From contig JASBSR010000007.1 of the NCBI GenBank assembly GCA_030148865.1, positions 642-64,641 on the forward strand: a stretch of DNA of 64,000 nt. Direction: 5' to 3'. Every line of letters begins with the position of its first letter. Positions within the stretch are counted from its first letter, which is position 1. Positions 10,603 through 20,671 of this stretch are shown in pieces. The notes under the pieces were generated by a model. That model had not been told where the DNA came from and ran no database searches. It was given only the letters and a program-made list of their open reading frames with translations. Made by a program: the position numbers and the translations under genes. The stretch is from Gammaproteobacteria bacterium. Its GTDB lineage: Bacteria; Pseudomonadota; Gammaproteobacteria; SZUA-229.

Positions 10603-11982
10603 ATGAGTAAAACACGAGTCGTAACAGACAGTATGGGCGTGATCGAAATTCCGCAGGACGCCTGCTATGGTGCCCAGACCCAGCGCGCGATCAATAATTT
10701 TCCCATCAGTGGTCTGCGCCTGCCAGCCGCCTTTATTCATGCTCTGGCCGAGGTCAAACGCGCCTGCGCTGAGGCAAATCATACTCTCGACCAGCTGGAC
10801 GAAGCGCGTTGTCAGGCGATAAGCTGGATATCTGGCCGGATTATTGCTGGTGAGCTCGATGACCAGTTCCCGATTGATGTGTTCCAGACCGGTTCTGGCA
10901 CCAGCACCAATATGAATGCCAATGAAGTCATCGCCACGCTCGCCAGCAGCCAGCAGCTGGTGGTGCACCCCAATGATCACGTAAATATGAGCCAGAGTTC
11001 GAACGACGTGATTCCCACCAGTCTGCACCTGAGCGCGGTGCTGGCCTGTCGGCAGCGACTGTTACCGGCACTGGCGCAGCTCGAAACCTCAATAAACAAA
11101 CGCTCCGCTGAGCTGGCAGACGTGATCACGACCGGCCGCACTCATCTGATGGACGCTATGCCAGTGACCCTGGGACAGGCATTGTCGGCCTGGGCGGTGC
11201 AGATTCAGCTTGCGCAGCAGCGCATCGCGGCGGTATTGCCCGATATGCAACAGCTCGCCATTGGCGGCACTGCAGTCGGTACTGGCATCAATGCACCTGA
11301 AGCCTTCGGCGCCGAAGTCGCTGCTGCGCTGAGTCGCAGCACCGGAATAGAATTCAACACAGCGGCGAATCGCTTCGAACGTATGAGCGCACAGGATGCA
11401 GCGGTCTCGCTCAGTGGTCAGCTGAAAACGACAGCAGTGAGTCTGATGAAAATTGCCAACGACCTGCGCTGGATGAATAGTGGTCCACTCGCTGGCATCA
11501 GCGAGATTGCCTTGCCCGCGCTGCAGCCCGGTAGCAGCATCATGCCCGGCAAGGTCAACCCGGTGATACCCGAATCGGTTGCGATGGTGTGCGCGCGCGT
11601 TATCGGTAACGATACCTCGATCACCATTGCCGGTCAGTCGGGTAATTTTCAGCTCAATGTGATGCTGCCACTGGTGGCCTATGATCTATTGCAAAGCATC
11701 GAACTGCTGACAAACGCAGCGCGCATCCTCGGCGAACGCGCCATCGCCGGCTTTACCGTGAATTACGCCAATATCGAACAGACGCTGGCCAAAAACCCAA
11801 TTCTGGTGACAGCATTAAACCGCGTTATTGGTTATGAGCTGGGAGCAAAAATAGCCAAACAGGCTTATGCCGAGGGGCGGGCGGTGATTGATGTCGCCGA
11901 AGAATTAACCGATTTGAAGCGCGACGAACTCGAACGCCTGCTTTCACCTGCGCATCTGACCAGTGGTGGTGTGCAGGAATAA
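10603..11982 (+). CDS. fumC: Class II fumarate hydratase
   Basis: GAQTQR, QTGSGTSTNMNANEV, HPNDHVN.SQSSND, GRTHLMDA, PGSSIMPGKVNP. Start moved to ATG 10603. Confidence 0.93.
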   Translation: MSKTRVVTDSMGVIEIPQDACYGAQTQRAINNFPISGLRLPAAFIHALAEVKRACAEANHTLDQLDEARCQAISWISGRIIAGELDDQFPIDVFQTGSGTSTNMNANEVIATLASSQQLVVHPNDHVNMSQSSNDVIPTSLHLSAVLACRQRLLPALAQLETSINKRSAELADVITTGRTHLMDAMPVTLGQALSAWAVQIQLAQQRIAAVLPDMQQLAIGGTAVGTGINAPEAFGAEVAAALSRSTGIEFNTAANRFERMSAQDAAVSLSGQLKTTAVSLMKIANDLRWMNSGPLAGISEIALPALQPGSSIMPGKVNPVIPESVAMVCARVIGNDTSITIAGQSGNFQLNVMLPLVAYDLLQSIELLTNAARILGERAIAGFTVNYANIEQTLAKNPILVTALNRVIGYELGAKIAKQAYAEGRAVIDVAEELTDLKRDELERLLSPAHLTSGGVQE

Positions 11983-11999
11983 TAAAATCATCGGCCAGC

Positions 12000-12020
12000 A
12001 AGCGGTTAAGTCGCTTTTTT
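12000..12020 (+). terminator. Probable Rho-independent terminator after fumC
   Basis: aagcggt-taa-gtcgctt stem with two G-U pairs, followed by a T run, 17 nt after the fumC stop. Confidence 0.55.
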
Positions 12021-12128
12021 GTGCTCAATAATTTTGAGCTTGCTGGTGATTTTTCTGATGTTTTCCGAATCGAGTGAGTCCAATGGCTGGTAGCGGATGA
12101 TATCCTTGATCGTGATTTTGGTGCTCAT
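12006..12128 (-). pseudogene. 40-aa ORF, possible remnant of a cyclic-nucleotide-binding protein N-terminus
   Basis: Hand translation MSTKITIKDIIRYQPLDSLDSENIRKITSKLKIIEHKKAT*. Resembles the helical lead-in of cNMP-binding domains but stops before the beta-barrel. Confidence 0.3.
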
Positions 12129-12233
12129 GGTTGTCTTGTGGTTTTCTATCGTCGTTATACGGTTGCGCAGGCAAGACTCATGAGTTACAGGCGAAACCTG
12201 AGGAAGGTAACAACGTGGGTTTGAATTTTTGTC

Positions 12234-13871
12234 TTAGCTCTGATCGCGTACGTCGATGAGTAGTTTGAGTTTTTGACCCGGCTGTAGATATTTACCCTTG
12301 ATGCTGTTCCAGCGGTGCAGATCGGCAACGCTGACGTGATAGCGATTTGCGATTCGCGCCAGTGAGTCACCGTTACGCACGGTGTAGGAAATTGTGCGCA
12401 GTGTGGCACCATTTGAAGGTAATGACAGGGGTCGGGCAGGCGCGCGGGTATTGGTCCAGACCACAAGCTTCTGGCCGTTTTTCAGCGGATCGCGCACCGC
12501 CATCGCGTTCCATTTCGCCAGTTGATGCATATCAACCTTATAGCTGCGCGAGATTTCCCAGAAACTTTCTCCGGGTTGTACGATATGGGTGAATCTGTTC
12601 TGACCGCGACTGGTATTCTGGATGCTTTGTTTACGCTGGCTGGCGGTCAGACTGTAGGCGGTACGGGCACGGCTGGCGATGGGGATCATCAGATAGCGGC
12701 CGGCGCGAATGTTATTGCCGCGGATTTTATTGACCTTGCACAGCTGTTTGACAGTCGTATTGTATTTCACCGCGATCTGGCTCAGGGTCTCGCCCGAATG
12801 AATCTTGTGGCGTTTCCAGCTCAGCCGCTGATCTTTCGGAAATTCCTTGATATTCTGCTCGAAGGTATAGGCGGCTTCTGCCGGCAGAATCAACTGGTGC
12901 GGACCATCCGGCGGTGTCGCCCAGCGATTAAAGGCCGGGTTATACATATATAAGGTCTCGGTATCGATATTCGCCAGCTCGGCGGCGAGCGCAAGATCGA
13001 TCTGTGAATCGACAGCGACGACGCGAAATCCCGGCGCGTAGGGAATGCAGTGCAAACTCAGATCATAAATCGCCGGATGGGTGATAATTTCCTTGAGCGC
13101 CAGTAGCTTAGGTACATAGGCCTGGGTTTCTGCAGGCAGTTGCAGATGCCAGAAATCGGTGGCCTGGCCGCGGGCCTGATTTTTTCGCACCGCACGGCGC
13201 ACATTACCTGCACCGGCATTGTAGGCGGCCAGCGCTTTCAGCCAGTCACCGTCGAACTGTTTACCTAAATTTTCCAGATAATCCAGCGCTGCCTGGGTTG
13301 AGGCGTGAATGTCACGGCGACCGTCGTACCACCAGTTCTGGCGCAGACCATAATGACGCCCGGTGGACGGAATGAACTGCCAGAGGCCGGCAGCGCGACC
13401 GTGAGAATAGGCGAAGGGCTGGAACGCACTCTCGACAATGGGTAACAGTGCCAGCTCGGTGGGCAGATGGCGTTTTTTAGCTTCGACCAGGATATAGTAC
13501 AGGAAGGGCTCTGCGCGGGTCATCACGCGGTCGAGATAATCCAGATGACTGCTATACCAGTCGAGCTGGGTCCGGGTTCTGGCTTTATCGAGGTCGGCCT
13601 CCAGAGCAAAGCCCGCGCGCAGGTGGTTCCACAGGGAATGGTCGTCGATTTCACCAATGGCGAATTCATCGACACTGGTGGTTGCTGGGCTCTCGCTGGC
13701 TGCGGCGAGTGCTGTCACCGCGTTGCCTGCGCTGATTTGCGCGGGCGTCACGCTGTTCGCAGCAGGGTTGTGAGTCAGTTGCTCGTCTACTTCCTGATGC
13801 ACACAGCCCAGCAACAGCACACTCAGGCTGGCGCAGGTGAGCGCATGCAATATGAGTCGTTTAATTTTCAA
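12234..13871 (-). CDS. mltD: Lytic murein transglycosylase D (lipoprotein, SLT plus three LysM domains)
   Basis: Lipobox LLGC, LPIVESAF, AAGLWQF, AAYNAG, ETQAYVPK and three LysM repeats. Confidence 0.93.
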   Translation of the reverse strand: MKIKRLILHALTCASLSVLLLGCVHQEVDEQLTHNPAANSVTPAQISAGNAVTALAAASESPATTSVDEFAIGEIDDHSLWNHLRAGFALEADLDKARTRTQLDWYSSHLDYLDRVMTRAEPFLYYILVEAKKRHLPTELALLPIVESAFQPFAYSHGRAAGLWQFIPSTGRHYGLRQNWWYDGRRDIHASTQAALDYLENLGKQFDGDWLKALAAYNAGAGNVRRAVRKNQARGQATDFWHLQLPAETQAYVPKLLALKEIITHPAIYDLSLHCIPYAPGFRVVAVDSQIDLALAAELANIDTETLYMYNPAFNRWATPPDGPHQLILPAEAAYTFEQNIKEFPKDQRLSWKRHKIHSGETLSQIAVKYNTTVKQLCKVNKIRGNNIRAGRYLMIPIASRARTAYSLTASQRKQSIQNTSRGQNRFTHIVQPGESFWEISRSYKVDMHQLAKWNAMAVRDPLKNGQKLVVWTNTRAPARPLSLPSNGATLRTISYTVRNGDSLARIANRYHVSVADLHRWNSIKGKYLQPGQKLKLLIDVRDQS

Positions 13872-14001
13872 GAGAATCGCGTATTTTGTTAACTATTATT
13901 ATTCTGAGTATATGTCGGCAGAGAAAATCGGCAAGGAATACGCTGTGCGTGTATTATTCCACATTGAACTCATTCACGCACACCGTCACAGCTAAATACT
14001 C

Positions 14002-14454
14002 ATGCCAGAAAAAAAACAAAGCATTGTAATGTATACCGACGGTGCCTGTCGTGGAAACCCGGGTCCCGGCGGCTGGGGTGTCAGTCTGCGTTACAATGGA
14101 CACAATAAATGCCTGAATGGTTCCGAAGCCACGACTACCAATAATCGTATGGAGCTGATGGCAGCGATCAAAGGTCTGGAGGCGCTGACGCGTGCGTGTC
14201 AGGTCGAACTCTACACCGATTCCAGATACGTGTTACAGGGCATTACACAATGGCTGCCCGACTGGAAAAAACGCGGTTGGAAAACGGCGGCCAAAAAGCC
14301 GGTGAAAAATGTTGAGCTCTGGCAGCGTCTCGATACTGCCGTACAACAACATGACATCAATTGGCACTGGGTGAAAGGTCATTCGGGCAATGAAGGTAAT
14401 GAGCGGGCAGATGCATTAGCGAATCAGGCGATTGACGAACTGCTTGCGCAGTAA
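14002..14454 (+). CDS. rnhA: Ribonuclease HI
   Basis: [35 protein letters not shown]. Confidence 0.97.
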   Translation: MPEKKQSIVMYTDGACRGNPGPGGWGVSLRYNGHNKCLNGSEATTTNNRMELMAAIKGLEALTRACQVELYTDSRYVLQGITQWLPDWKKRGWKTAAKKPVKNVELWQRLDTAVQQHDINWHWVKGHSGNEGNERADALANQAIDELLAQ

Positions 14455-14517
14455 TGAAAAGCTTGTGCTCGAGCGCTTCTGTCAGGTACGAAAAATTAAA
14501 CTACGGGTTAAAAGGCT

Positions 14518-15213
14518 ATGCGCCAGATAGTGCTTGATACAGAAACCACTGGGCTCGATCCGTCACAGGGTCACCGTATTATTGAAATTGGTTGTGTCGA
14601 ACTTAATCGTCGCCGGCTTACTGGAAATAATTATCACGTTTATATTCAACCCGATCGAGATATCGACGAGGGTGCGCAACAGGTTCACGGCATCAGTAAT
14701 GAATTTCTCGCCGACAAACCGCATTTCGCCGATATTGTTGAGGGTTTGCTGGACTATTTGAAAGGTGCAGAGCTGATTATTCATAATGCGCCTTTCGATG
14801 TTGGCTTTCTCAATCATGAATTTAAATTAATTAACGGCGAAACCAATATTATCGAGACGCACTGCAATGTAATCGATACTCTGGTGATGGCGCGTAAAAT
14901 GCGGCCGGGTCAGAAAAACAATCTCGATGCGCTGTGTCGCCACTACGAAGTCAATAACGCCCAGCGCGAACTGCACGGTGCGCTACTCGATGCCGAGTTA
15001 CTCGCCGAAGTCTATTTGCGTATGACAGGGGGGCAGACGCAGATAGATCTTGCCGAAGAAGCAGCGGGAGATGCTGCGGCAGGGAATCGACAAGGTCGCA
15101 CGCTGGAAGCCAATCGCCCGGCGCTGCGTATCGTAAGTGCCACCGCAGACGAACTCAAGGCACATCAGGATATTCTGATAAAAATGGGCGATAACTGTCG
15201 CTGGTCGCGGTAA
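14518..15213 (+). CDS. dnaQ: DNA polymerase III epsilon subunit
   Basis: LDTETTG, HNAPFD, LHGALLDAELLAEVY, MTGGQ. Confidence 0.97.
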   Translation: MRQIVLDTETTGLDPSQGHRIIEIGCVELNRRRLTGNNYHVYIQPDRDIDEGAQQVHGISNEFLADKPHFADIVEGLLDYLKGAELIIHNAPFDVGFLNHEFKLINGETNIIETHCNVIDTLVMARKMRPGQKNNLDALCRHYEVNNAQRELHGALLDAELLAEVYLRMTGGQTQIDLAEEAAGDAAAGNRQGRTLEANRPALRIVSATADELKAHQDILIKMGDNCRWSR

Positions 15214-15223
15214 AAGCTTATTT

Positions 15224-15424
15224 GCCACAGAGGATGCAGAGAGCTCTGAGAAAAACCATGGCTTTTGGTTAACAACACTTCATTATTATTCTTGTCATTT
15301 CCGCAGGCTTTTGGCGGAAATCCATAAATCAAAATAGTCTGTCATCCCCGACAGAGACTTTCAGGGATGACAGACTCTACAACATCCATATTTTTCTCGT
15401 TTCTCCATGCGCCCTGTGGCTAAT
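15224..15424. repeat. Composite intergenic repeat: inverted CACAGAG-type arms enclosing two GTCATT/GTCATC palindromes
   Basis: gccacagaggatgcagag at 15224; hairpin atttccgc..gcggaaat (15297-15321); 13-bp stem agtctgtcatccc/gggatgacagact (15336-15376); degenerate inverted arm ccctgtggc near 15412-15420. Confidence 0.65.
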
Positions 15425-15428
15425 ACTT

Positions 15429-16853
15429 TTACATCAAATTCGCATTCAGTACTAAATGTGCCCAGATGCTGGCGGCGTAGCCCAGGCCAATTGCCCAGGC
15501 CCATTTCAGGTGGCTGAAGAAAGTGTAGGTGCCGCGCGCCTGTCCCATCAGAGCTACGCCGGCAGCAGATCCTACCGAAAGCAAAGAGCCGCCGACACCA
15601 GCAGTCAGTGTTACCAATAACCATTGCCCCAGAGACATATCGGGGTTCATGCTAAGTACCGAAAACATCACCGGAATATTATCGACAACTGCAGACAATA
15701 TACCGACCATGATATTGGCCAGGGTGATGCCGAACTCGGGTGTGTAAATGGTCTGCGAAATTGTGCTGAGATAACCAAAAGCGCCGAGGCCACCGACGCT
15801 GAGTACCACGCCATAGAAAAACATCAGTGTGTCCCACTCGGATCGTTTAAGCTGATCAAAAATATCAAACGGCTTGTCTTCTTCTACTAGAACGCCACTG
15901 TCACTGACGAAATCCCACTTGCCCTGTTCTTTAAGTTTGAGAAAATAACCGTAGACTTTGAGCAGGCCCAGTCCTGTCATCATACCGAGCATGGGTGGCA
16001 GATGAAAAAAGTTGTGCACGCTTACAGCTAGTGCGATAGTGGTGATAAATAACGCGACTGTAATGTAGCCGCCGGTCCTGACCTTAACCTTCTCATCTGA
16101 TTTTTCGGGGATTGCGCTGGGGACGAAGAAACTCATGATCAGCGCAGGCACAAACCAGTTAATGACTGAGGGAATGAATAGTACAAAAAAATCATTAAAC
16201 TGGACCAGGCCTTTTTGCCAGACCATTAGTGTAGTGATGTCACCGAAGGGGCTAAACGCGCCACCGGCATTGGCGGCAACAACAATATTGATACAGCCGA
16301 GAGTGACAAATGCTTTATTATCACGAGCAATTGCCATGACTACAGCTGACATTACCAGAGCAGTCGTGAGGTTGTCAGCAATTGGTGAGATAAAAAACGC
16401 CAGCAAGCCGGTGACCCAGAAGATGGTGCGATAGGAAAAACCGCGCGACACGATGGCCGAACGCAGTGCGTCAAATACGCGGCGGTTCTGCATGGTGTTG
16501 ATGTAGGTCATCGCAGATAACAGGAACAACATGAGTTCGGCAAATTCGAGGATATTGTGCTTTAACAGAATGCCTGCAGACTCATTGTCGCCATGATCCA
16601 TATAGGCCATGGCGACCAGAATCCAGATGACACCGGCGGCGATGATCACAGGTTTTGATTTGCGTAAGTGCAAGAACTCTTCGCCGATTACCAGTAAATA
16701 GGCGCAGCTGAAAACCACGATGGCGATCAAGCCGTTCACGGTGGTGCTCAGATCCAGCATCCGGGCATCGGCTGATTCGGCAGCACTGGCGAAAACACTG
16801 CTGCTCATTATCGACAGCAACAGGGCGGTGGAGGCTTTCATTAAATTCATCAT
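15429..16853 (-). CDS. nhaD: Na+/H+ antiporter, NhaD family
   Basis: EEFLHLRKSKP, AMTYIN, ADNLTTAL, ANAGGAFSPFGDITT, VDNIPV, GVGGSLLSVGSAAGV. Confidence 0.93.
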   Translation of the reverse strand: MMNLMKASTALLLSIMSSSVFASAAESADARMLDLSTTVNGLIAIVVFSCAYLLVIGEEFLHLRKSKPVIIAAGVIWILVAMAYMDHGDNESAGILLKHNILEFAELMLFLLSAMTYINTMQNRRVFDALRSAIVSRGFSYRTIFWVTGLLAFFISPIADNLTTALVMSAVVMAIARDNKAFVTLGCINIVVAANAGGAFSPFGDITTLMVWQKGLVQFNDFFVLFIPSVINWFVPALIMSFFVPSAIPEKSDEKVKVRTGGYITVALFITTIALAVSVHNFFHLPPMLGMMTGLGLLKVYGYFLKLKEQGKWDFVSDSGVLVEEDKPFDIFDQLKRSEWDTLMFFYGVVLSVGGLGAFGYLSTISQTIYTPEFGITLANIMVGILSAVVDNIPVMFSVLSMNPDMSLGQWLLVTLTAGVGGSLLSVGSAAGVALMGQARGTYTFFSHLKWAWAIGLGYAASIWAHLVLNANLM

Positions 16854-16855
16854 AC

Positions 16856-17335
16856 TTATCGACTATGTTTAAGAGTGCGTTGTTTCTCGCGCTGCCAGTC
16901 GCGGTCTTTACTGGTGGCACGTTTGTCGTGTTCTTTTTTACCTTTGGCCAGGCCAAGCTTGAGTTTGGCGCGACCGTGTTTCCAGTATAGTGATAATGGA
17001 ACCAGGGTATACCCCTTGCGCTCGACCTGACCGATGAGGCGATAAATCTCGATGGCGTGCATCAATAGCTTGCGTGATCGCGTGGCGTCAGGACTGACAT
17101 GGCTGGAGGCTGACAGCAGGGGAGTAATATGACCACCAAACCACCAGAGCTCACCTTTTTTTACCACCACGTAACTTTCGTCCATCGACACCCGACCTGC
17201 GCGCAGGCTTTTGACTTCCCAGCCTTCCAGTGAAAGCCCGGCTTCGAACTGGTCTTCGATAAAATAGTCATGGCGCACCTTGCGGTTGAGCATGATGGTA
17301 TTCGCAGCAGTTTTCTTGTTGGGTTTCTTGGCCAT
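16856..17335 (-). CDS. smpB: SsrA-binding protein
   Basis: [37 protein letters not shown]. Confidence 0.97.
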   Translation of the reverse strand: MAKKPNKKTAANTIMLNRKVRHDYFIEDQFEAGLSLEGWEVKSLRAGRVSMDESYVVVKKGELWWFGGHITPLLSASSHVSPDATRSRKLLMHAIEIYRLIGQVERKGYTLVPLSLYWKHGRAKLKLGLAKGKKEHDKRATSKDRDWQREKQRTLKHSR

Positions 17336-17471
17336 AGATCGCGATTCCGAGTGGGTGAGGAGTATACAGGCTGGGAATTTTTTTTACAGGCCAACCTGAT
17401 TGCGGTTGAGTCAGGGCGCGTTTTTGACCACAATGGGTAACAAAAAACGATATGAATCAACGGATCATTAG

Positions 17472-18848
17472 ATGACAACACCACGGAAATCTATCCACGG
17501 CCAATGGTCGGGCCGCATGGCCTTCATTCTCGCGGCCACTGGCTCTGCTGTCGGGCTGGGCAATATCTGGAAGTTCCCCTATATCGCCGGTGAACACGGT
17601 GGTGGCACCTTTGTGCTGGTCTATCTATTCTGTATTGCCCTGATCGGTGTACCGATCATGATCGCTGAAGTCATGCTGGGCCGGCGGGGTCAGCAGAGTC
17701 CGGTGAATACCATGGAATATCTTGCCTCTGAGGAAAAACGCAACGAGAGCTGGGTGTTACTCGGCTGGCTGGGGATTGTTGCCGGCTTTCTGATTCTCTC
17801 GTATTACAGCGTGATTGCGGGCTGGGCGCTATCTTATGTGTTTCGTACTGGCAGTGGCATGTTCCTGGGCGCGACGGCTGACGGCGTCAACAGTATTTTC
17901 AACAATCTGGTTTCAGACCCCGAACATCTTCTCGCCTGGCATACCATTTTCATGGTGATGACCATGGTGGTGGTGGCGCGCGGAGTAAAAAATGGTCTCG
18001 AAAAAGCCGTGACTTTCCTGATGCCGATGTTGTTTGGCCTGTTATTGCTGATCGTCGGCTATGCTATGACCACCGGGCATTTCCAGGAAGGCTTTGATTT
18101 CATGTTCATTCCCGGCAAAATCGATGGTAATGCTATCCTCATTGCCATGGGACATGCTTTTTTTACCCTCAGTCTGGGCATGGGCGCAATCATGGTCTAT
18201 GGCTCGTATTTGCCTAAAAGTACCTCGATCACTCAGGCCGCGTTCGCGATAGCTATTGCTGACACCACAGTGGCGCTGCTCGCCGGGCTGGCAATTTTTC
18301 CTATCGTATTCGCCAATGGCCTGGAGCCCGATAAAGGTCCAGGGCTGATTTTTCAGACCCTGCCGATTGCTTTCGGCCATATGGAAGGTGGCACCCTGAT
18401 CGGGGTTTCATTTTTCGTATTGCTGGTATTCGCGGCCTGGACTTCGGCGATTTCGTTGATCGAGCCCGCCGTCGCCTGGCTGGTGGAAAATCGTAATATG
18501 AGCCGCATTTACGCCTCGGTCTGGATCGGTGTGCTCACCTGGCTGCTGGGCCTGGGGTCGGTGTTTTCGTTTAATATCTGGAAAGATAACACCTGGAGCC
18601 TGCCATATTTATTCAAAGATGCGAACTTCTTCGACACCCTGGATTACCTCACCGCCAATATCATGCTGCCGCTGGGGGGATTATTCATCGCGATTTTTGC
18701 CGCCTGGCTGATGCGCGAAAGCTCGTCACGTGAGGAACTGGCGACCTGGCCACTGATATACCGTGGCTGGCATTTTCTTACCCGCTATGTGACACCGGTG
18801 GCGGTGCTGATCGTGTTTCTCAGCGCCATCGGCGTGATCAAGCTGTAA
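17472..18848 (+). CDS. Sodium-dependent transporter, NSS/SNF family
   Basis: ATGSAVGLGNIWKFPY, AFFTLSLG, GPGLIF; multiple TM segments. Confidence 0.93.
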   Translation: MTTPRKSIHGQWSGRMAFILAATGSAVGLGNIWKFPYIAGEHGGGTFVLVYLFCIALIGVPIMIAEVMLGRRGQQSPVNTMEYLASEEKRNESWVLLGWLGIVAGFLILSYYSVIAGWALSYVFRTGSGMFLGATADGVNSIFNNLVSDPEHLLAWHTIFMVMTMVVVARGVKNGLEKAVTFLMPMLFGLLLLIVGYAMTTGHFQEGFDFMFIPGKIDGNAILIAMGHAFFTLSLGMGAIMVYGSYLPKSTSITQAAFAIAIADTTVALLAGLAIFPIVFANGLEPDKGPGLIFQTLPIAFGHMEGGTLIGVSFFVLLVFAAWTSAISLIEPAVAWLVENRNMSRIYASVWIGVLTWLLGLGSVFSFNIWKDNTWSLPYLFKDANFFDTLDYLTANIMLPLGGLFIAIFAAWLMRESSSREELATWPLIYRGWHFLTRYVTPVAVLIVFLSAIGVIKL

Positions 18849-18861
18849 TCCGGAGTATATT

Positions 18862-19305
18862 GTGGCCACCATACAACGCAGTGCGTTGGTACACTACACG
18901 CCAGCTGAAATGTACGCGCTGGTGAACGATGTTGCTGCCTATCCGGAATTTTTGCCCTGGTGCCGGTCGGCCAAGGTGCTGGTGAGTAGCGAGACAGAAA
19001 TGACCGCCAGTGTTGAAATTGCCAAAGGCGCGCTCAATCGCAGTTTTACCACGCACAATCAGCTGCAACCGCCGCAGCGTATTGTGCTGACACTGGTGGA
19101 CGGGCCGTTCAAGCGCTTGCAGGGCTGCTGGCAGTTTGACGCGCTGAAAACTGAGCAGGCCTGCAAGGTTTCATTGCAGCTCGAATTTGAGTTTGAGAGC
19201 AAAATGATGTCACTCGCGATTGGTCCCATATTTACCCAGATCGGCAATTCGCTGGTCGATGCATTCTGCAAACGTGCAGTCGAGGTTTACGGTGAGCGTG
19301 GTTGA
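18862..19305 (+). CDS. ratA: RatA/PasT (Coq10 START-domain protein)
   Basis: MYALVNDV..YPEFLPWC, LVDGPFK.L.G.W.F, LVDAFCKRA; smpB-ratA-rnfH-bamE synteny. Confidence 0.92.
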   Translation: MATIQRSALVHYTPAEMYALVNDVAAYPEFLPWCRSAKVLVSSETEMTASVEIAKGALNRSFTTHNQLQPPQRIVLTLVDGPFKRLQGCWQFDALKTEQACKVSLQLEFEFESKMMSLAIGPIFTQIGNSLVDAFCKRAVEVYGERG

Positions 19306-19621
19306 AACTATTAATGTTGAAGTTGCCTATGCGCTGCCCGACAGGCAGCTTATCCTCGAAGTCAATGTCGATGCCGGCACCACGGTCGCTGGTGCGATTG
19401 TGCAGTCGGGTATCATGATGGAGTTTCCCGAACTTGATCTCGAGCACAGCGATGTCGGAATTTTCGGCAAGCAGAGTAAAATGGAAACTGTACTCGCTGA
19501 TGGTGATCGGGTGGAAATTTATCGTCCGCTGATTGCCGATCCCAAAGAAGTGCGGCGTAAACGCGCTGCCGAAGGCAAGGCGATGAAAAAGGGCGGTGGC
19601 ATACTGGCCGATGCTGGCTAA
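19298..19621 (+). CDS. rnfH: RnfH/RatB ubiquitin-like protein
   Basis: VEVAYALP..Q, VGIFG, GDRVEIYRPLIADPKEVRR. Start is GTG 19298 or 19292. Confidence 0.9.
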   Translation: MVETINVEVAYALPDRQLILEVNVDAGTTVAGAIVQSGIMMEFPELDLEHSDVGIFGKQSKMETVLADGDRVEIYRPLIADPKEVRRKRAAEGKAMKKGGGILADAG

Positions 19622-19663
19622 CGCCAGGGCTGTTTAGCAGGCGAAACGGCAGCGGGGAGGGAG

Positions 19664-20098
19664 CTAGTCGAGATCGCGAACCGGGTCGGCGGGTGAGGCG
19701 CGGTCGATTTCTACACCTTCTTCGTTGCGCTCGATGGGGGCGATATAGCTTGAGTCGTCGATGCGCTTGAGTGTGTCACCATCAAAAAATAGACTCACCC
19801 GCGATTGTTCGGGTTCGCCGCGACCCGGGATATAACGGTAGATATAATCCCAGCGCTCGCTGTGAAATGGATCGATCAGCGTCGGGCTGCCGATAATTTC
19901 AATAATTTTTTGTTTGCTCATACCCGGATGCAACTGCCTCAGGTTCTCCTGATTAATAGCATTTCCCTGAGTGAAATCAAGACGATGCGCGTTGGGTAAC
20001 CAGCTGGCACAGGCGCTGAGCAGGCTGCTAATGAGCAGCAGCGGCAAAATCAAACTTGTACCGTGGCAAGGAATAATGAGATTATGTATTTTCGACAT
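19664..20098 (-). CDS. bamE: Outer membrane assembly lipoprotein BamE
   Basis: Lipobox LSAC, QGN, GMSK, G.P...DPFH..RWDY; divergent from fur. Start taken at ATG 20098. Confidence 0.92.
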   Translation of the reverse strand: MSKIHNLIIPCHGTSLILPLLLISSLLSACASWLPNAHRLDFTQGNAINQENLRQLHPGMSKQKIIEIIGSPTLIDPFHSERWDYIYRYIPGRGEPEQSRVSLFFDGDTLKRIDDSSYIAPIERNEEGVEIDRASPADPVRDLD

Positions 20099-20207
20099 GT
20101 GACTTAGAGCAGGTAGCGACAACAGGTTCGCGAATACTACCGTATTTGTTCACCCTGTACAGTAAACCCGCACAGAAATTGAGCGACACATCTAGCGACT
20201 AGCAGTT

Positions 20208-20630
20208 ATGGAATCCAGCGATCTCAAAAAAGCCGGCCTCAAGGTCACTTTGCCAAGAATGAAGATTCTTCAGTTTCTGGAGAACTCGATGGTGCGTCAC
20301 CAGAGTGCTGAGGACATTTACCGATCTTTGCTCGATGATGGCGAAGAAATTGGCCTTGCGACGGTATATCGTGTGCTTACCCAGTTTGAGGCCGCCGGGC
20401 TGGTCTCGCGCCATCATTTCGAAGGTGGCCAGGCTGTATTCGAACTGGGGCAGGACGGCCATCACGATCACATTATTTGTGTTTCATGCGGTAAAGTTGA
20501 GGAGTTTTTTGATGAACTCATTGAAGCTCAGCAGATCAAAATCGCAAGCCAGCATGGCTACACAGTGACCGATCATAGTCTGACCCTGTACGGAAAATGC
20601 AGTGACTGCCAGAAGCAAGCTGGCAAATAA
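20208..20630 (+). CDS. fur: Ferric uptake regulator
   Basis: LKKAGLKVTLPR, IGLATVYRVLTQFE, HHDH, CxxC pairs. Confidence 0.97.
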   Translation: MESSDLKKAGLKVTLPRMKILQFLENSMVRHQSAEDIYRSLLDDGEEIGLATVYRVLTQFEAAGLVSRHHFEGGQAVFELGQDGHHDHIICVSCGKVEEFFDELIEAQQIKIASQHGYTVTDHSLTLYGKCSDCQKQAGK

Positions 20631-20671
20631 GGCCATAACAATTCGACTATCTTCATCGGGCTTTCAGTGAA

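Noticed and set aside
20072..20090. Fur-box-like aataatgagattatgtatt upstream of fur
   Set aside because: Only 12/19 match to the consensus, and it lies within the probable bamE coding start.
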